Below, one piece after another: positions 60,848 to 64,000 of a stretch of 64,000 bases of DNA (its first letter is position 1; every line of letters begins with the position of its first letter). The stretch is from the NCBI GenBank assembly GCA_045538175.1, contig JAZSQZ010000101.1, positions 119 to 64,118 of the forward strand, in the 5' to 3' direction. The position numbers were made by a program, and so were the translations under genes. Under the pieces are notes generated by a model. It did not search any database, was not told where the DNA came from, and saw only the letters and a list, made by a program, of their open reading frames with translations. Source of the DNA: Clostridia bacterium (GTDB lineage Bacteria; Bacillota; Clostridia; Christensenellales; UBA1242).

Positions 60848-61945
60848 CTATTTTTTTATGTCATAGTGGAAGGAACCTGCAACTTTAAGTTTGTCGCAAT
60901 AAGTTTCAAGTTCTTTTAAAAGTTGTGTGCCTTTTTCGGTATAAACATTTCCTTCAAGTTCTGCGTAGAAATAGTAATTCCATAAAAGTTCCTTCATGGG
61001 TCTACTTCTTAAGCATCGCATATTAAAGCCGTGTTCACCGATAATCTTTAGTGTTTCAGCAAGGGCACCTGCTTCGTTTTTAACGGTAAACATAAGGATA
61101 AAATGTTCGCCCATTTCGCTTCTTGAAGCAGTTCTGTTTTGACATCTGGAAAACGCACCAAAACGAGTTGTGTTATTGTGGCTAGAATTTATGTTTCTGT
61201 CCAAAATTTCAAGGTCGTAAAGGTCTGCTGTGTCACTTGATGCGATGGCTGCAAGTGTTTTGTCTTCGCTAGATGCAACAAATTTTGCAGCAAGAGCTGT
61301 GTTTTGTGCTTCCATTGTTTTAAAATTGTTTTCGCTTAAATAATTTCCACATTGTGCAAGTGCTTGTGGGTGACTGATGACAGTTTTTATGTCATCTTTT
61401 TTTGTGCCTTTTTTTACAAGAAGATTGTGTACAACTTCAAGTTCAAAAACTTGGTTTACAAAAAGTGGACCAGAAAACAATAAGTCTGTAACAATTCCTA
61501 CTTCGCCGGCATAACTGTTTTCAAGTGGCAACACGCAAACATCACACTCGCCATTTTCAACTGCAGCATATGCCTTTTTAAAATCCCCAAAAGAAAAGTA
61601 TGTTGCGTTTTCAAACATTTTTGTTGATGCGATATGTGCAAAGGCACCTTCAACACCACTGTATGCAACCTTAATTCCTTTTAAAACTCTTGATTGATAT
61701 TGCTTTGATAAGTCCATATTGTTTTTAAGGAAGTTTATGTAATATTCACGAATTGTTTCGTCTTCGATTAGATTTGAGTTTCTTTCAATAACTTCCTTTT
61801 CTCTGTTTTCATCAAGAACAGGTAAGGCATGTTTTAGTTTGTATTCTGCAATGCTTTTTGAAACCTTCATTCTCTCTTCAAAAAGTTCTGCCATTTCTCT
61901 GTCGATTTTGTTTATATCAACACGATAATCGTCAAGTTCGCTCAT
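60848..61945 (-). CDS. pheA: Chorismate mutase / prephenate dehydratase
   Basis: N-terminal CM (RxxIxxID...R), LENSYAG, SHPQALAQC, NTTRF, ACT domain SRP. Confidence 0.93.
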   Translation of the reverse strand: MSELDDYRVDINKIDREMAELFEERMKVSKSIAEYKLKHALPVLDENREKEVIERNSNLIEDETIREYYINFLKNNMDLSKQYQSRVLKGIKVAYSGVEGAFAHIASTKMFENATYFSFGDFKKAYAAVENGECDVCVLPLENSYAGEVGIVTDLLFSGPLFVNQVFELEVVHNLLVKKGTKKDDIKTVISHPQALAQCGNYLSENNFKTMEAQNTALAAKFVASSEDKTLAAIASSDTADLYDLEILDRNINSSHNNTTRFGAFSRCQNRTASRSEMGEHFILMFTVKNEAGALAETLKIIGEHGFNMRCLRSRPMKELLWNYYFYAELEGNVYTEKGTQLLKELETYCDKLKVAGSFHYDIKK

Positions 61946-61946
61946 T

Positions 61947-63143
61947 TTATTTTCCTTCTTTTTTGTAATGATTTATAAGTTTTTGAAACGCAGGAAGTGA
62001 TTTTTCAATTTGTTGTTTTGCAACGCAATAAGAAATCCTAACATAACCTTTGTATCCAAACGAATCACTAGGCACAAGCATCAATTCGTATTTTTTTGCT
62101 GTGTTAGAAAATTCGTTTGCATCTTTTTCTAGTGCTTTTACAAAAAGGTAAAAAGCGCCATCAGGTTTTACAACTTCATAGCCCATATTTGTTAGGGCAG
62201 AAGATAAGATATCTCTGTTTTCTTTATAAACTGATAGGTCACTTGTTTTGCCTAAGCAGTAAGGAATAAGATATTGAAAAAGTGCAGGTGCACAAACATA
62301 TCCAAGTGCTCTTGCTCCGCCACACACTGCTGCATAAACATCTTTTGCATCTTTGCATTCAGGGTTTACTAAAATATATCCAATTCTCTCGCCTGGAAGA
62401 GAAATTGATTTACTAAAAGAATAACAAACAATAGAATTTTTATAGTAGTTTGTAATAAAAGGATATTCAATATCACTGTATATAAGTTCTCTATAAGGTT
62501 CGTCAGAAATAAGATAAAGTTCGTTACAAAATTCTTCTTGTTTTTGTTTTAAAATGTCACAAATTTTAGTTATGTCACTTTTGTCCAAAACAACGCCTGT
62601 TGGGTTGTTTGGAGAGTTTAATAGAACTGCCTTTGTCTTGTTTGTGATTTTTGATTTTAATTCGTCTAAGTTCGGCTTAAATGTTTTTTCATCAGGGTTT
62701 ACTAGGACAACCTTTCCACAAGCCTTCTCGATAAAAACTCTGTATTCTGGAAAGAAAGGTGCAAAAACGATAACTTCGTCGCCCTCGACAAGTAGAGCGT
62801 TTAGGGTGCTTGTTAAAGATGCTGCTGCACCTGCTGTAAGGTAAATCAAATTTGCGTCAGTTTTTGCATTATAAGTTTTGTTTAGGTACTCTGCAATTTT
62901 ATCCCTAACGGTTTTATCTCCAACGGCAGAAGTGTATCCGTGCAATTTTACAGGGTCGGTGTTTTTAATGATATCAACCAAAGCGTCACTTACAACTTGT
63001 GGTGGCGGCACACTAGGGTTTCCAATACTAAAATCAAAAACATTGTCATCGCCAATTTCTTGCTTTCTTTTTTTGCTATATTCAAATAAATCTCTAATAA
63101 CTGATGGTTTATTGCCAAGTTCTTTTGCACTTTCGTTTACCAT
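61947..63143 (-). CDS. PLP-dependent aminotransferase class I/II
   Basis: IGNP, NSPNNPTG, DEPY, SFSKSISLPGERIG; SD AAGGAG. Confidence 0.93.
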   Translation of the reverse strand: MVNESAKELGNKPSVIRDLFEYSKKRKQEIGDDNVFDFSIGNPSVPPPQVVSDALVDIIKNTDPVKLHGYTSAVGDKTVRDKIAEYLNKTYNAKTDANLIYLTAGAAASLTSTLNALLVEGDEVIVFAPFFPEYRVFIEKACGKVVLVNPDEKTFKPNLDELKSKITNKTKAVLLNSPNNPTGVVLDKSDITKICDILKQKQEEFCNELYLISDEPYRELIYSDIEYPFITNYYKNSIVCYSFSKSISLPGERIGYILVNPECKDAKDVYAAVCGGARALGYVCAPALFQYLIPYCLGKTSDLSVYKENRDILSSALTNMGYEVVKPDGAFYLFVKALEKDANEFSNTAKKYELMLVPSDSFGYKGYVRISYCVAKQQIEKSLPAFQKLINHYKKEGK

Positions 63144-63313
63144 AAGTTTCTCCTTTTTAAAAAACATCATAATTATACTAAACCGCATAAGATTTGTCTA
63201 TTTTTAAAAATAAAAAAATTAGTGTTGGGCTAATAAATATCTTTTATTTATTTGGTTTTTTTGCCATATATAATTTATACTAATATAAATAATATATATT
63301 TAGGGGAACAGAA

Positions 63314-64000
63314 ATGGGAACAGACAACAAAGACAATAATGGTTCATTAAACAAAAAAACAGACGCTTTGCAAAACAAAGTTGACCCTTTAAAGAAGGAA
63401 ACAGGCAAGGTCATAAAGTTTGGTGAAGGTCAACAAACGAGCTCTGCCCCTATACATGGGCCACGTGGTGTTTTGGGTGACGATGACGGCGACAAAAAGG
63501 GTATGTCTACTGCTGCAAAGGTTACAATTGCTGCAGCTGTTACTGCTGTAGTTACAGCAGGTGCTGTTGCCGGCGTTATGACTTTTAGGGACGACGATAA
63601 CAAAATTGTCTATACTGTTGATGGTCAAGAAATCGAAATCGAACTTGACGGTGGTTCAACTGCAATAAGTTTGCAAAAACCACAAGTCCCAGGCTACAAT
63701 TTTGGTGGTTGGTACCTTGATGAAGCGTTGACACAAGAGTTGGCTGACGACTACGTCTTTACAAAAGATACAGTTATCTATCCAAAGTTTGTTCCAAAAA
63801 CTTGTAAAGTTGAGTATTTTGCAAATGACGGCACAGGACAAGCAATGTTCCAAGAAGTTGTGTATAAAACCGATTACAAGTTGATGGCAAGTCCGTATGA
63901 GCGAGAAAACTACATATTTGTTGGCTGGAGTGAAGACCCAGAAGCACACTATACAGATGAAGACATTGTAAAACCCAACAAGAAAAGAACACTTTTTACG
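63314..64000 (+). CDS. Membrane-anchored InlB B-repeat (Flg_new) protein, runs off the window end
   Basis: Hand translation from ATG 63314 (SD AGGGG): Ala/Val TM segment, then PQVPGYNFGGWY and RENYIFVGWS repeats; no stop before the end. Confidence 0.8.
   Translation, partial: MGTDNKDNNGSLNKKTDALQNKVDPLKKETGKVIKFGEGQQTSSAPIHGPRGVLGDDDGDKKGMSTAAKVTIAAAVTAVVTAGAVAGVMTFRDDDNKIVYTVDGQEIEIELDGGSTAISLQKPQVPGYNFGGWYLDEALTQELADDYVFTKDTVIYPKFVPKTCKVEYFANDGTGQAMFQEVVYKTDYKLMASPYERENYIFVGWSEDPEAHYTDEDIVKPNKKRTLFT

Noticed and set aside
300-63992. Many short antisense or overlapping ORFs in the track (e.g. 20492..21175, 29636..30016, 50873..51277, 63389..63992)
   Set aside because: They shadow well-supported genes on the other strand or frame and lack SD sequences and motifs
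1-64000. CRISPR array, cas genes, rRNA, transposase or integrase
   Set aside because: No regularly spaced direct repeats or recognisable motifs were seen

Overview
AT-rich Firmicute chromosome segment; the gene content suggests an uncultured, compact-genome Clostridia-like gut bacterium (inference only). Positions 1 to ~13270 form a very AT-rich defence island that abuts the 3' end of tRNA-Ser(UGA). It holds a HEPN-like gene, a truncated hsdM, a Gabija-like OLD nuclease + UvrD pair, a second stand-alone OLD nuclease, and a four-gene R-M system with two C5 methyltransferases and two MspI/HinP1I-like endonucleases. The rest is mostly housekeeping: sufCB, yjjX, metA, mntP, tex, gtrA/gtrB/yfhO, pheA, an aminotransferase and three more tRNAs. 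Scattered among these are orphan or toxin-like enzyme genes (GNAT, zeta kinase, PHP, HipA-like kinase, unknowns) with similar acidic, lysine-poor C-terminal tails; five of them also share a TATTGAA-N-TGnTAAnnT promoter, suggesting a possible co-regulated effector repertoire. Other signals: two tandem structured RNAs with consensus promoters upstream of tex, a leader-peptide/terminator attenuator on the zeta operon, a lone phage tail-fibre + chaperone pair beside a TPR glycosyltransferase, and at least eight apparently leaderless genes. All calls come from motif reading by eye; no database searches were run.
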